Shown piece after piece: positions 17,651-31,775 of a stretch of 64,000 bases of DNA. The stretch is taken from the NCBI RefSeq assembly GCF_009914755.1, contig NC_060928.1; one strand, given 5' to 3'. Under the pieces are notes generated by a model. The model searched no databases. It had not been told where the DNA came from and worked only from the letters and a program-made list of their open reading frames with translations. The position numbers and the translations under genes were made by a program. Source of the stretch: the human T2T-CHM13v2.0 reference genome, Homo sapiens. Within the stretch, counting starts at the first letter, position 1. Each line of letters starts with the position of its first letter.

Positions 17651-18072
17651 AAAATTTGGAGGAAAAGACCTTGCTCATTATACTTGTTTGAATTCTGTAA
17701 ATGAAGTAAGCAGAATGGCAGAAATGTCATTTGGTAACATTTTATATAGTTTTGGGTCACATAGAAAATGCAGAGCCAGGTTGGCTCCTGGGCTCATCAC
17801 TCTGAAAGGTTATGTGAGGGGGGTGATACGAAGAGCCCAGTTAGGAAGGGCAGGCAGGTTCTTAAGGGTTTGTTCAGTTCAGCAGTGCTTTTCCAACAGC
17901 TTATTAACATGGAATGTAGTGGGAATACAAATATAAATATAGACAGAGTTCTTGATAATTTGGTCATAGGATAATTTGTAATTTTCTTAGTTTGTAGGAA
18001 ATTAAGTTCAGCAGCTGGGTATTGAACCAGGATGTGGAATTGTCAGCATTTCCCCAAATCTTGATGTGTTAG

Positions 18073-18280
18073 ACCTGTTGTGTCCAGTAGAACTTTGTTT
18101 GATAATGGAAATGTTCACTGTCTTTTCTATTCAGTATCCACTGGCTACATGGGGCTATTAACACTGGAAATGTGGCTTGTGCCATTAAAGAACTGAATTT
18201 TCAATTTTATTTAATTTTAATTAATTAAAATGTAAATAGCCACTAGTGGCTACCATATTCATTGGACAATGCAGTTCTAG
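18073..18280. mobile_element. MER3-like hAT fossil
   Basis: gtccagtagaactttg...gataatggaaatgtt...aaatagccactagtggctaccatatt; a related copy lies at about 29210-29375. Confidence 0.7.
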
Positions 18281-18317
18281 AGATTCATTTCACCTTTGTT
18301 CAGTTCACCTTTGTTCA

Positions 18318-18647
<330 letters not shown>

Positions 18648-18994
18648 AGAAAGGTGCTATTAAGTGGCTTACAGTGCTTAGGACTTTAATTAGCATATCC
18701 ATGTTTTTAAATGTAGAACATAGGGTTTTCATAAAGTAGAAACGTGGATTCTGGTTTATTTGCAGTACAAAGAAAAATACAGGGCCTGCAAGGATGATCA
18801 TTTTGTGCATGTGCTGAAATCATACTCTTTTAGCTTTAGAAGTTATTTGTATACATGCCACCATTACCTTCCAGATAAAGTTTGTATCCCTCACTGTGTA
18901 TTGCACATAATAAATACCCACTAAATGGTGGTGGGTATTTATTTATGCAATAAAGGGGCCCTTGATCCTGATAGGGCTGTTAGTTCCTTCATGA

Positions 18995-19375
18995 GTGTCA
19001 CAAGTTGGGTTCTCTGGGAAGGCGGGTACTTTGGGAAGCAAATGCAGACAATTTAGCATGCAGAATGTTGATTAGGGCTTGCTCGTAGGGTCCAGACTCA
19101 GGGAATGGAGAAGTTGAACTACCTTGCATGCCCAATTATAGCATAGCCTTGGCCAACCCCATTAGAATAGCCCGTGGGAGCTGTCCCGGCTTGGGCTGGG
19201 TAGCCAGGCCTGTACGCTCTCTGAGTCAGTCAGGATGACTTGCCTGGAAGAGGGCAAGATGTCGGGTGAGGCAGTTCTCTGTAGCCACAGCAGTACTTGA
19301 AGGGGCTGACGGAGCACTCCCAGCAGCTGGGGCTGCATGGCCTTCAGTTGAGGGTCTGGGTTGTACATCACAGCG
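18995..19375. mobile_element. Old LTR fragment (ERVL/MaLR class, subfamily not assigned)
   Basis: Starts tgtcacaagttgggttctctgggaag; GC-elevated block with LTR-like ends. Confidence 0.5.
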
Positions 19376-19832
19376 TGCCATGGTTGGACAATATTTTTCT
19401 TAGAAATTTTTTGATTGATTTCATTTGACTCATTGGTTGGCGTTCTGGAGAAATATGGGGTAAGTCTCTTTCTCTTTCTCTGTGACTCTTCTCAACCCCC
19501 CCCAACCCACCAGCCCCCTTACTAAATAACTATGTGTGTGTGTGTCTTATGTACGAACAGAGTTACAGTGCACAATTAACCTTTTCTTCTGATGGAAGTT
19601 GACTCCAACCAGAATGCTTCATCTTCACGTCTTCCCCAAGGACATAAAGACAGAAAGGGGATTTTGCTATAACATAGAATACAGAGTGGTGATTCAGGTA
19701 TAGAGCAAGGTGTGGTATGTTGGTGATGTAAGGAGCACAGAGGAATGAAATTAATTGGTGTGAGGTTCTCTCAAGGAAGGAAAAAATGACAGAAGGTTGA
19801 AAGAAGAGTAATAGTCGAATATGAGTGCATAT

Positions 19833-20145
19833 AGCTGGGGGCAGTGGCTCATGCTTGTAATCCCAACTCTTTAGGTGGCTGAGATGGAAGGATCACTTGA
19901 GGTCAAGAGTTCAGGACCAGCCTAGGCAACATACTGGGCATACTTGAGCAACATACTCTGTCTTGACCAAAAAAAAAAAAAAAAAAAAAAGCCAGGTTGG
20001 TGGGTGCATGCTTGTGGTCCCTGCTACTGTGGAAGGTGAGGTGGGAGGATCACTTGAGCCCCGGAGTTCTAGGCTGTAGTAAGCTATGATTGTACCACTG
20101 CACCTCCAGCCTGGATGACAGAAGAATACTTTACCTCTTGAAAGA
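19833..20145 (+). mobile_element. Alu (J type) with expanded middle A-run; (AT)n follows at about 20161-20184
   Basis: Forward dimer. Confidence 0.88.
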
Positions 20146-21478
20146 AATTAAAATGAGTGCATATATATATATATATATATATATGGACTTTCTCATATAA
20201 ATTGAAGCCCAGCTCCCTTAAGTTCAAATGGAAATATTCCATGAGTAGTTGGAAATATAGATTGAGAAGACAAGGTAAGAGAAAGATTTGTAGGGGGTGA
20301 CTTTTGATAAATTACACAAATCTTTGACATTATCAAACATGAATGCCAAACATTGAAACATGAATGTTCAAGGGTCTGTCACACAGCTCTCAAGTTATCT
20401 GGTTACTGGTAGTTAGGTAATAGTTGGAAGATTCCAGTAGTTACGTAGTTACTGGTAGTTAGAAAATACTTGAAGGATTCATTTGGATAAGATTACCCTG
20501 ATTAAAATTTCAAGTATAGTAATTTCTTTCTAGAGTTGTCTAATTTCATATTCACTTAAAGAGAATACTTTTTACTAACCTCAGAGTCAAGTATTTCATG
20601 TTAAAGAACTTGACCAGAATTTATAAAAAAGGAATAACCAATTTTATATTTGACATGAGTCATTTGGAAGTGGATTTTTATGTTTAATGTTTGGATTGTT
20701 AGCTATTTTCTTTCCATGTTTGTTTTTCCTTTTCTGAGCCATACAGTGGGTATTTTTCCTACCTATTTTCTTCCTTTACATTTACCTTGTAACATAGTAT
20801 TTGTGACTTGAACATATCTGAAATTTTAAGGAGATATCCTTATAGGGCTCTACAGATAGTCATTTTTGAGGGGAAAGGTTTTAATTAACATAAAATTCCA
20901 ATCCAAGATGTATCACCTTTGTTAAGTGTGGCACTTTGCTGAGTATTTAAAATGTGTTTTTGAGAATGTTACATGTTAACCTGTCTTTAAAGTATTTGTA
21001 TTTGAGGTTTTGAGAAATATATCTATTTTATTTATTTGGGGAGAGTTCCATAAGATAAACATCACAGCTAGTAGGAATTCTCAATGTGTTTCCCAGATTC
21101 AAGGATGCCTTAAAGTGCAATTAAATTTGGTAGCATTTCTAACACTTTTAGCAGCTGTACCTAATACTTAGCAAATGTTTGTTAAATACAGGTATTCCTG
21201 CTCTAGCGGGCCTCCCTCCACCAGCCCCTGGAGTGCTCCCTCTTGTTCTGGTACATGAACACTAGTGTGCCCTACTCTGCCATCCTCAGTTTAGAGCCAC
21301 TGACCAGTTGCGTTCATTACCTAGTGGAAGCTCTGCCATTAACATCCCATTATCAGACAGCTGTCTTTTGGTCCATTAAAAACTGTGATTGCTTTGTAAA
21401 GTGTTAAGAAACCTAAGATCATTTTAATGATGGTAGGTACGTCTTTGATACTAAAATGCCTGCTTCACTGTTGTGTAG

Positions 21479-21562
21479 GTAGTGTACACTGATAAAGGTA
21501 GGGCGCGGTGGACTCTGCCCCTGTAACCGTTCCGGAGAATGCGTTGAGAATGAAGACAACCA
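21479..21562 (+). other. KIAA0232: Probable non-coding 5' UTR exon of KIAA0232 (84 nt)
   Basis: Acceptor tgcttcactgttgtgtAG|gt at 21478/9 and donor ca|GTAAGT at 21562/3. Retains CpGs within repeat-poor unique DNA. No transcript data were available. Confidence 0.7.
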
Positions 21563-23424
21563 GTAAGTCCCTAAGTGTATGTGGGAAATGGGAAAATGTG
21601 GAAGTTTCTGATACCATATAAAAGGGAATACTAATTGATTTACTGTATAGAATAGTACAATTTATGCAAGTTATTTAAAGGAAAGGAGATGAATATAATT
21701 AATGATCTTATTCCTAAATTACATCTTCAGTTTAACTTTTTAATCCTGGGAATTCTGGATATGAAAACCTCAGGTCAGGTGATCTATGCCTTGCTTATAT
21801 TAATAACTTGGGCCTTGGAGAAAATTCTTTCTGATTAGAACATCTCCTGTTTCCCAAGCTGTGTTCCAAGGAAGCAAAACGGGTCAATGAATGAATGAAT
21901 GAATGCTCTCCACTACTTTGTTTCCTTCTTGGAGGTTCCGGGTGCATATTAGCCTATTAAAGGTTTCAAGATGTCCTGCAATAAACCTGCTCTTGTTTCA
22001 GCTTTGATATTTCCCTAATTTATGCAAAATGAAGACGTTTATGGCAAAGGAATATATTTTTATATCACCCAGAGTATACTTTGGGGAAACTGTGTAGCAA
22101 GTTATCCTTTAAATGATGACACTGTTTATTTAAATATCTTCCTAGGGTCCAGAAGAATTACTATAGTTATCTTCAGAACCATATCTAAAGGCTTGATTTA
22201 ATGTTGGAAGCATATAATTAATGGATGAGAAATGAACATATGTACTACTTTGATCCTATTCTGAGTTCTCTAGTGTGTATCTTTTTGCATAAACAGAAAA
22301 TTTTATTTGGACTCTTTAAAATTTTTAACTATTAGGATATGAATCAGATAATCCATATAAACTTTTCATATAGAATTAGATTATTGACTGATATAAACAC
22401 ATTATTGAAGTATTGCTTCTTACCTAAGTCCGTTTTGGAGAACTATAATTTGTATTACTTGGCTGTGGCTTTTATAGTAATTTTAAAAATGTTAACTCAC
22501 TGTCTTACCAGTGAGTTACAGAATTTTATGCTACCTTTACCTCACTCATTGAAACTCAGAAGATATTTGTGGTTTTGAGTTTAGTAATTGAAAGCTGTAG
22601 AATTTATATGCCCAGACATTTTGAGGACCAACAGTATCACATTGTAAAATTATTTTGGTACACTATGATATAGTATTTTATATGATAAAATGTTTCAACG
22701 TTGACAAAGTGGGTTTCATCATGTTGGAGCTTTTTGCATTTTCAAAAAGTGTAAAAATTACTTATTTTAGTTTTTTTCCAAGTAAGCTTAGGGTTTTTGA
22801 AATTTTGCATTTCTTAATCTGTAGATGTTTCCATTTTTCCTAATTGAAATTTTTAAATTTCTAAAATTTAGTTGTTTCGTCCCTTTTCCAACAATTTTTC
22901 CAAAAGCTTTTAGAATTTCATAATAATTTTGTTTTATCTTGTTTTTGCATTTTGTTTAGTTGCTATTTTGTTATCTTTTGCAAGGAAGGAGGAGGATTTG
23001 CTTCAGTTGTAAGTGTATACATTTTCCTCTTCCCCTTGGGCCCAAATGTTTTCTCCTTTTGTCCTGTAAAGTGTCTGCTGTGAGGTTTACCCCTGCTAGG
23101 TAAAAAAGGCATTTTTTTAAATCTCCATAACTTTTTGAAGGCATAAAAACTGCCATTTTGTAGCCCTGCTAAAGAATTTTGACATCTAATTGGTCTAAGT
23201 GAACTAAATGTCTACATTGGTTATTATAATTTGATAACCTGTAAAAAAAAATTTTTAATATGGCAGTCCAGCTTTTCAAACCAGAAATATTAACAGATGA
23301 ATAAGAATCATCAAATAACTGGAATCAAGTATAAGTTAGACATAAAACAATGTAACTTTGCACAAGCAGTTCATCTCCATAGTACAATTAAACAATAAGT
23401 TCAAACAGTAACAAAACAATAAGA

Positions 23425-23736
<312 letters not shown>

Positions 23737-23988
23737 TTAAAACAATAAGAACATACAGGCTGATCGAAACTTTCAGGTCTGTGAGCATTTGACAGTAGCA
23801 TTTCCTCAGTAGAGGAAAGTTTATCCAGGTTGCATAGAAAGCTTTTCCCTTTTATTTAGTCTCATTACACACTAGATCTAGCTCTCATTTGTTTTGTTTT
23901 AATAGAAGTCTGTTTAGTACTTCTGAATCTATGTAGAACTGATCGCTTTCACCTACACTTTATCATTACAAAATTGGTTTTTCCTTTT

Positions 23989-23990
<2 letters not shown>

Positions 23991-24058
<68 letters not shown>
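23991..24058 (+). repeat. Compound tetranucleotide STR (TCTG)3(TCTA)14 at the tail of a reverse Alu monomer (about 24060-24176)
   Basis: Read directly from the sequence. Confidence 0.95.
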
Positions 24059-24059
<1 letters not shown>

Positions 24060-24769
24060 TTAAGACAGGGTCCTGCTATGTTGCCCAAGTTGGCCCTGTA
24101 CGCCTGGGCTCAAGTGTTGTTCCTGCCTCAGCTTCTCCAATAGCTAGGATTATAGGCACACACCATGGCATCCAGCTTTTCTTCCTTATCTTTTAAACAT
24201 AAAGATCAACCAGATTAACCAAATCTGTTACAGGCTTGCAATTTATGAAAATATTTGCTACTTCTCTTGCTATCAAGTAGTAATCTTATCTATAAGAACA
24301 ATCCTGTTTATGAAAATATTAATAATTCATTTTAATTGTCACTGGAGCATATATACTTACGTGTTTATTTCTGATGACTAGTAAGCATGGAATTTCTCAA
24401 TCTTTATGCAGTTTTTCCTCTTTTTGTAGAAAGAACTCAAGTCTCACACTAGTTTTGTTGATTACATTACTTTTTAAAAAGCCTTATTCATTTCCTGGGA
24501 CTTGACACACTTCTAGAATGGGGAAGAAAACTGTAGGTCTGATTGTCCATTTCTACGTAGCTTTTCAGATACCTAGGGTAAACCGGTTTACATAGTTTAT
24601 AGCCCTTGGTTCCTGTTTTCAGTGCTTGAATTCCAGTTTGGGTTGTAGATTCTTTATGGATTTTCTCTTCTGGCTGTAGATTGGCTTTGGAGCCAGGCTA
24701 CCTACTAAAGAGAATAAGCATTATCTTCAGTTCCAAATTCATGTGCTGAGATCAGAAAATAACAGACAA

Positions 24770-25062
24770 GGCCAGGCACAGTGACTCATCCCTGTAATCC
24801 CAGCACTTTGGGAGGCCAAGGCAAGTGGATCACTTGAGGTCAGGAGACCAGCCTGGCCAACATGGTGAAACCCCATCTCTACTAAAAATACAAAAATTAG
24901 CTAGGTGTGGTGATGTGCACCTGTAGTCCCAGCTACTCGGGTGGCTGAGGCAGGAGAATCCCTTGAACCTGGGAGGCAGAGGTTTCAGTGAGCTGAGATC
25001 ATGCCACTACACTCTAGCCTGGGCAACAGAGTGAGACTATGTCTCAAAAAAGAAAAAAGAAA
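24770..25062 (+). mobile_element. Alu (Sx-like)
   Basis: TSD agaaaataacagacaag. Confidence 0.93.
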
Positions 25063-26542
25063 ATAACAGACAAGAATTATTTATAAATGTATAACTACTT
25101 AATTGTATGTTTGCACTCTCTGGCTTGCCAGGCAAATAGTATTTAGGATTTTGGTGAAAAGTAATAGAGTCCAAAAGCCAGAGTCTTAATATTTCAAATA
25201 TCTGTTTTCTTTATGCTCTTTTCTATATTCTTTCTTTTACTTTATGTTATATATCCTTTATGCCTTCCCCCTCAAGTCTTTTCCTTATGTGAAAGTCCTG
25301 TAAACACCCAAATTGAATAATTATGAAAAGACAGTTGCAGGTAATGCAGTGTCTTGGGTACTGAGCACACCAGCAATGTGAGTATGAACTTTGTAGTGAG
25401 AAAGGACCAGTTAAAAATATAGAGAGTTCAAGCATGACTTGCAGAAGTACCATACTAGATCAAAGGGAATGGTAGAGGGCTTCTGTGGGAAGAGTACAAG
25501 TTGCTTTACATAAGGCGAAAGCCTGCTAATACAGGATGGTAAATACCTAAAGGAAAATCCTGAGAGAGTCATGATTGTCTCGATATCACTGACACCAGGC
25601 ACAGTGCCTTGTACACAAGAAACCTCTAGTACATGGGATCGTGAGAGAATGAGTTAAAATTCCTATGTTAGTTAGTCCCTGCCTGTGGACTCAGAGTGTG
25701 ATCTGAGTTGGTTTTTTCTCCCACCTGCTAGTATTATGAATATCATTTTATTTACCAAACTTCTCTTTTTCAGAATTTATTCTCCTCCATTTAGATTTGG
25801 GAAGTAGTTAGTTCAGCACAGTTTTGATCACCTGCCAAGGCCTAAGCATTCTACTAAATGGTACATGTGGAGGATGTCACAGTTTGGCCTGAAGAACTTT
25901 AAGCCTATTTGATGAGGAACCCATTCCCAGGAGGCAGTTAGAGAATAGTATAAAAGGACATCATCACAAGGCAGCAGGTCATGAGGACAGCCAGCACTCT
26001 ATAAGTGTTGGGAGGAAGACAGTGGTATGCCCTTACATAATTAGAAAGGGCTTCTTCAGGAAGGCAGGGCAGGAATGATTCCATTGCCAGTTGGGTGTTA
26101 GTGTTTCAGCCGTGTCTGTGCTTTCTGAAACTTTTATGATCCTATTATTATTGTCTTTGATAGTTTGTCTGTGTTTACCAGAATGCTGGTTTCAATAATG
26201 TTAGACTTCAGAGTTGTTTCCTTAATATTAACAGCCTCATATTCTACCCCTTGAAGTGGTCATTAGGGCTAGTGATACCTGCCCTATTAAAGTGAAGTGA
26301 GGCTAAGAGACTTGCTTTGACTCATAAAATGTGAGTAGCTCACTTCCAGGAGGAAGCATTCAAAGTACCAGTGCCAGCTTTGGTGCAGATCTTATTTTCT
26401 CTGGCCCCCTAGACTAGCAGGGTTCAAGATAATGGCCATTTTGTCACCCTGTGTCCCAGAATGATTATGATGAGTGATTACCCTGATCATCCCTGCCAAT
26501 CCAGGATGAACACATAGTATGAGAAGGATATAAACCTTTGTG

Positions 26543-28420
26543 GAAGTCCTAGTAAGAGAAATTAAGCAAGAGAAAGAAATAAAAGGCATCCAAATTAGAA
26601 AAGAGGAGGTCAAATTATATCCCTGTTTGCCAATAATATGCTCTTATATCTAGAAAAACTAAAGACTCCACCAAAAAACCTCCTAGATTTAATAAGTAAA
26701 TTCAGTAAAGTTGCAGGATACAAAATCGGCATACAAAAATCAGTAATATTTATATATTACCAATAACGATCTAGCTGAGGAAGAAATCAAGAAGGAAGTA
26801 CCATTTACAATAGCTATAAAAAAACAAGGTACCTAGGAATACATTTAACCAAGGAGGTGAAAGATCTCTCCAAGGAAGACTACAAAATACTGATAAAAGA
26901 AATTGTAGATGACAAATAAATGGAAAAACATCCAATGCTCATGGATTGGAAGAATTAATATCATTAAAGTGACCGTACTATCCAAAGCAATCTACAGATT
27001 CAATGTAACCCCTATCAAAATACTAATGTCATGTTTTACAGAATTAGGAAAAAAATCCTAAATTCATATGAAATCAAAAAAGAGCCCTAATAGCCAAAGC
27101 AATCCTGACCAAAAAGAACAAAGCTGGGGGTATCACATTACCTGACTTCAAATTATATTACAAGGGTATAGTAACCGAAACAGCATGGTACTGGTGTAAA
27201 AATAGATGTATAGACAATGGCACAGAATAGAGAGTCCAGAAATTAAGCCACATATTTATAGCCAACTGATCTTTGACAACGCTACCAACAACATACATCA
27301 GAGAAAGGATACCCTCTTAAAGAAATGGTGCTGGAAAAATTGGATTGCCCTGTGCATAAGAATGAAATTGGACCCCAGTCTCTCACCATATACAAAAAAT
27401 CAACTCAAGATGGATTAAAGACTTAAACGTTAAGACCTGAAACTATAAAAATACTAGAATAAAACCTAGGGAAAACTCTTCTGGACATTGATATAGGCAA
27501 AGAATCAGTGACTAAGACCTCAAAAACACAGGCAACTAAAACAGAAATAGACAAATGGGCCTTATCGAAACCAAAAAGCTTCAGCAGAGCAAAAGAAATC
27601 AGCAGGAGATTGAAGAGACAGCCTGTAGAATGAGAGAAAATGTTTGCAAACTATTTATCTGATAGGGAACTGATATCCAGAATATACAAGGAATTCAGAC
27701 ACTTCAACAACAGCAAAAACAAGAAGATCCCATTAAAAGGTGGGCAAAGACATGAATAGACTTTTTTTAAAAGAAGACATACACATGGCCTACACGTATA
27801 TGAAGAAAAGCTCAGCATCACCAGTCATCAGAGAAATGCAAACCAAAACCAGAATGAGATGTCATCTTACCCCAGTCAGAATGGCTATTATTAAAAAGAC
27901 AAAACAACAACAACAACAAAAAGAAAACAAGTATTTGCACGGATGCAGAGAAAAGGAAACTCTTAAAGATTTTTGGTGGGAATATAAATTAGTATAGCTT
28001 CTATGGAAAAGAGTATGGCGATTTCTTAAAGAACTGAAAATAGAATGAGCATTCAATTCAGCATTCCCACTGTTGAGTATCTACTTTGGGTAGATACTCA
28101 AAGGAAAAGAACGTGTCAGAAAGATACCTGTGCTCGTATGTTTATTGCGGCACTATTCACAATAACAAAGATGTAGAATCAACCTGAGTGTCCATCAGTG
28201 AATAAATGGATAAAGAAAATGTGGTCTATACACACAATAGAATGCTATTCAGACATAAAAAAAGAGTGAAATCGTGTCTTTTGCGGCAACGTTGGTGGAA
28301 CTGGAAGTCATTATCTTAAGTGATAAGGCACAAGCCAGACATAGAAAGCCAGGTATTGCGTAAACCCTGACTTAATATGCAGTCTATGCATGTTAACAAA
28401 ATTGCACCTGTACCCTATAA
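26543..28420 (+). mobile_element. 5'-truncated old L1 (L1PB/L1MA-like; degenerate ORF2 3' part and 3' UTR) inserted in an MLT1-like LTR
   Basis: ORF2-like peptides (e.g. [17 protein letters not shown]). 16-bp TSD gatataaacctttgtg at 26527-26542 and 28752-28767. Confidence 0.9.
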
Positions 28421-28424
28421 GTTT

Positions 28425-28722
28425 TGCTTTTTCTTTCTGAGACAGGGTCTCACTCTGTCACCTAGGCTGGAGTGCTTTGGCATGATCTTGGCTCACTGCA
28501 GCCTCTGCCTCCCGAGCTCCAGTGATCCTCCCATCTCAGCCTCCTGAGTAGCTGGGACTCCAAGCGCAAGCCACCATGCCTGGCTGATTTTTGTATTTTT
28601 TTGGTAGAGATGGGGTCTCACCATGTTGCCCAGGCTGGTCTTGAACTCCTGAGTTCAAACAGTCCGTCCGCCTCGGCCACCCAAAGTGCCGGGATTATTG
28701 GTGTGAGCCACTGTGCCTGGCC
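28425..28722 (-). mobile_element. Alu (J type) in the L1 tail
   Basis: Reverse dimer. Confidence 0.88.
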
Positions 28723-30310
28723 TAATTTTTTTTTTTTTTTTTTTTTTTTAAGATATAAACCTTTGTGTTAGGCTACTGTAATTTGGGAGTTGTTTCTGTT
28801 GCATAATCTACCCTATTTTAACCTTTTCCCTCAGTTTGTTATTGACCCCTTATCCTAATTATTCTCAGTTCTCTCTTTGTTTTGTTAATAGGCTTTAGTT
28901 GTTCTTGTTATTCCATACAGTCTGACTTTGTCATTGAACCTTCCATGATTACATTGAAATGTAATGAAATTTGACCTTTTGAAATTTGAGACCTATCAAA
29001 CATAAAGTAGATGTTTTCCAGTTCTCTCAAACAGTTCTTTCTGGGCACATTGTGTTATTTCAGAGTAGCTGTGATTAGTAGCCTTTCTTCCAGGTAGTGT
29101 CTTGGACAACCTCCTGGAACGTGGGGAGGGGCATATGAACTCCATTGAAAGAGCTAATGAGTCTTTATTAAGCTCAACATAGTCATTTGCTAGAGGGGAG
29201 AGGGTCAAAACCAGTGTCGTCTAGTAGAACTTTTGTGATTATGGAAATGTACTATATTTGCACACCGGCTCCATGAGGCTGTTGAGCACTTGAACTGTAG
29301 CTGGTGTGACTGAGGAACTGACTTTTAGTTTAAAATAGCCACATGTGACTAGTGGCTACCATATTGGGCAGTGCAGTAAGGGTCTTAGAACGCCATGGGG
29401 GTGACATAATGCCAGGTGAAAAAGGCAGAATATGAAAGTATATGTATGTTATTATTTAATATATAGAAATAATAAATTTAAAGTCCTATGCAAAGGAAAA
29501 AACACTAGTTAATAAGCACACCAAAATACTAACAGTGAATATTAGGTGCTGAAATTATGTATGAGTGTCTACTTCTATTTTTATGTTTTAAAAATACTTT
29601 AAAACTTTGCTAATAAAGATATATATGATAAACATGAGAAGAAAGAAAGAAGTGCTGTGGTACTAATATATATCGGCAAGTGAATATATCGGTTGAATAG
29701 AGCTGCCCAGATTTTTCTCCACAAGGTCCACATTTTACATTTTGCCCAGAGAAGCCCAGTTTGTGACTGTTTACTGTCTGGTGCTCTTTTTGATCAGTTG
29801 TGCTGTAACAAAAGTAAATTGAGAGAACAGTCCACAGATAGTATTTATGCAGCCATGTCAGAAAGAGAGTATGCTTTTTGAAATAATTTTCATATGTTGT
29901 AATCACACCTAAAATTATTTACAGTGTATTACAAAAAAGGGAACTATCTTAATATTTAAATTAACTTGGCCACATGTCTGCTGTACTTGAACACTAAAGA
30001 AACTGAACTATAGATAGTATGTCTCTTATAGCTTATAAGAAATGCTATTAGTGCACTCTAAATAATTAGGAACACCAATAGGAGTTGTAATTTGAATTAT
30101 TTTTAGTAATATATGTCATATAGAATATAAAAAGATAGCACCATGTTTCTCGGAACATTATTACATAAGGGATGAGATTTTGAGAAGATTTGTGAACTTC
30201 TTCAAAACAATTCCTCACTGCTCCAAAAAACCCTTCATTATTAAATTACTTGTGTGAAGTGTGGCATTATGTTTGGTCTACTTCTTGGAAAGTATTTACT
30301 TATATAATAA

Positions 30311-30638
<328 letters not shown>

Positions 30639-31627
30639 AGGTCTGTTGTTTTTTTCTCCCCCTTAATGGACAAACCATTTGGGGTTTATTATATCACCCT
30701 GAAAACATGTAGACTAGATAAATAATTAAATACTTTCATTTAAAAATTTAGTTAAGTCCCTGGGCTGGTTATAAACTCTCATGCCCAGGGCTCTGACTCC
30801 TGGAGACCCAAAGTGGCATGTATTTAAACTTAGTGCAGGGTTTCCTGGGGGCTGCCATAGGAGTGAGCCTGGCTTGACGTCTGTTCTCGCCTTACTCCAT
30901 CACACTGTCACTGCCGGGCAGCACAGAGCAATGTTAATATTGACCCCAGAGCCTGCATAGAGTTGTTCCAGCCTTTAGGGGATAATTTTCATTGGACCAA
31001 GGCTATTTTTAATCCTAAGGTCTTTAAAAGGGCTTGCAGTTGTGTACTAGGTGTACAACTGCAAGTATATGTATGTGCTGAGCTCTCTCTCTGGACTGCT
31101 TGGGGATAACGTAGTTTAAATGTATGGAGATTGCTCTGCAGATGTCTGTGTTCTAAAAACAAGTAGAAAACTGGACAGCAAAGAGAGGTTGTTGTATTTC
31201 CATATTCCTCCTCCTTTGCACTTAACCACCTTGGGTTCTTTGCACTGTCATATTAGAACTTTGTTGTAGAGAACTGCAATGTTACCTGAAAGAGGAAAGG
31301 CCCTGATAGGACTAGAACTAGATTATTATAAATGAAGATGATCTCATAGTTGGTTGTTTTTTTTTTTTAAGGATAGTAAAGAAATTGAGTATTTTGTTCT
31401 AAAAGGCTAACATATTTTAAATAATTACTATTCTTCATATAATCCTATTAGTAACAGAACTTGTAATACTAAGCATATAAAAACAATTTGAGTGTGGTAG
31501 TCTTTAACAATACCTTCAATTTGTATGCTATTTGGAGAAATGCACATACCCCAAAATACACAGATAGACTTTTCATTTTCCCATGCAACAGACTTGTGAG
31601 AGGTTGAAAGGTAGGAAGAGTCAGTAT

Positions 31628-31775
31628 ACATTATTCTGTTTTACAGATGAGAAAACAATGACCCTGGGAAGCTGTGGGCACAAAAGCCAGCTATTAAGTG
31701 GCAGAGGTGGGACTGTGTGCAAAAACCTAAGATACTATGATTGCTGAACTAGTGTACTTTCCACTCGCCATCCTA
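31628..31775. mobile_element. MIR fragment
   Basis: MIR core ctgttttacagatgagaaaac. Confidence 0.6.

Noticed and set aside
21471-21485. AG|GT junctions at the acceptors of 21479 and 41164 as recursive splice sites
   Set aside because: The reconstituted donors (gtagtg, gttctg) match GTRAGT poorly.
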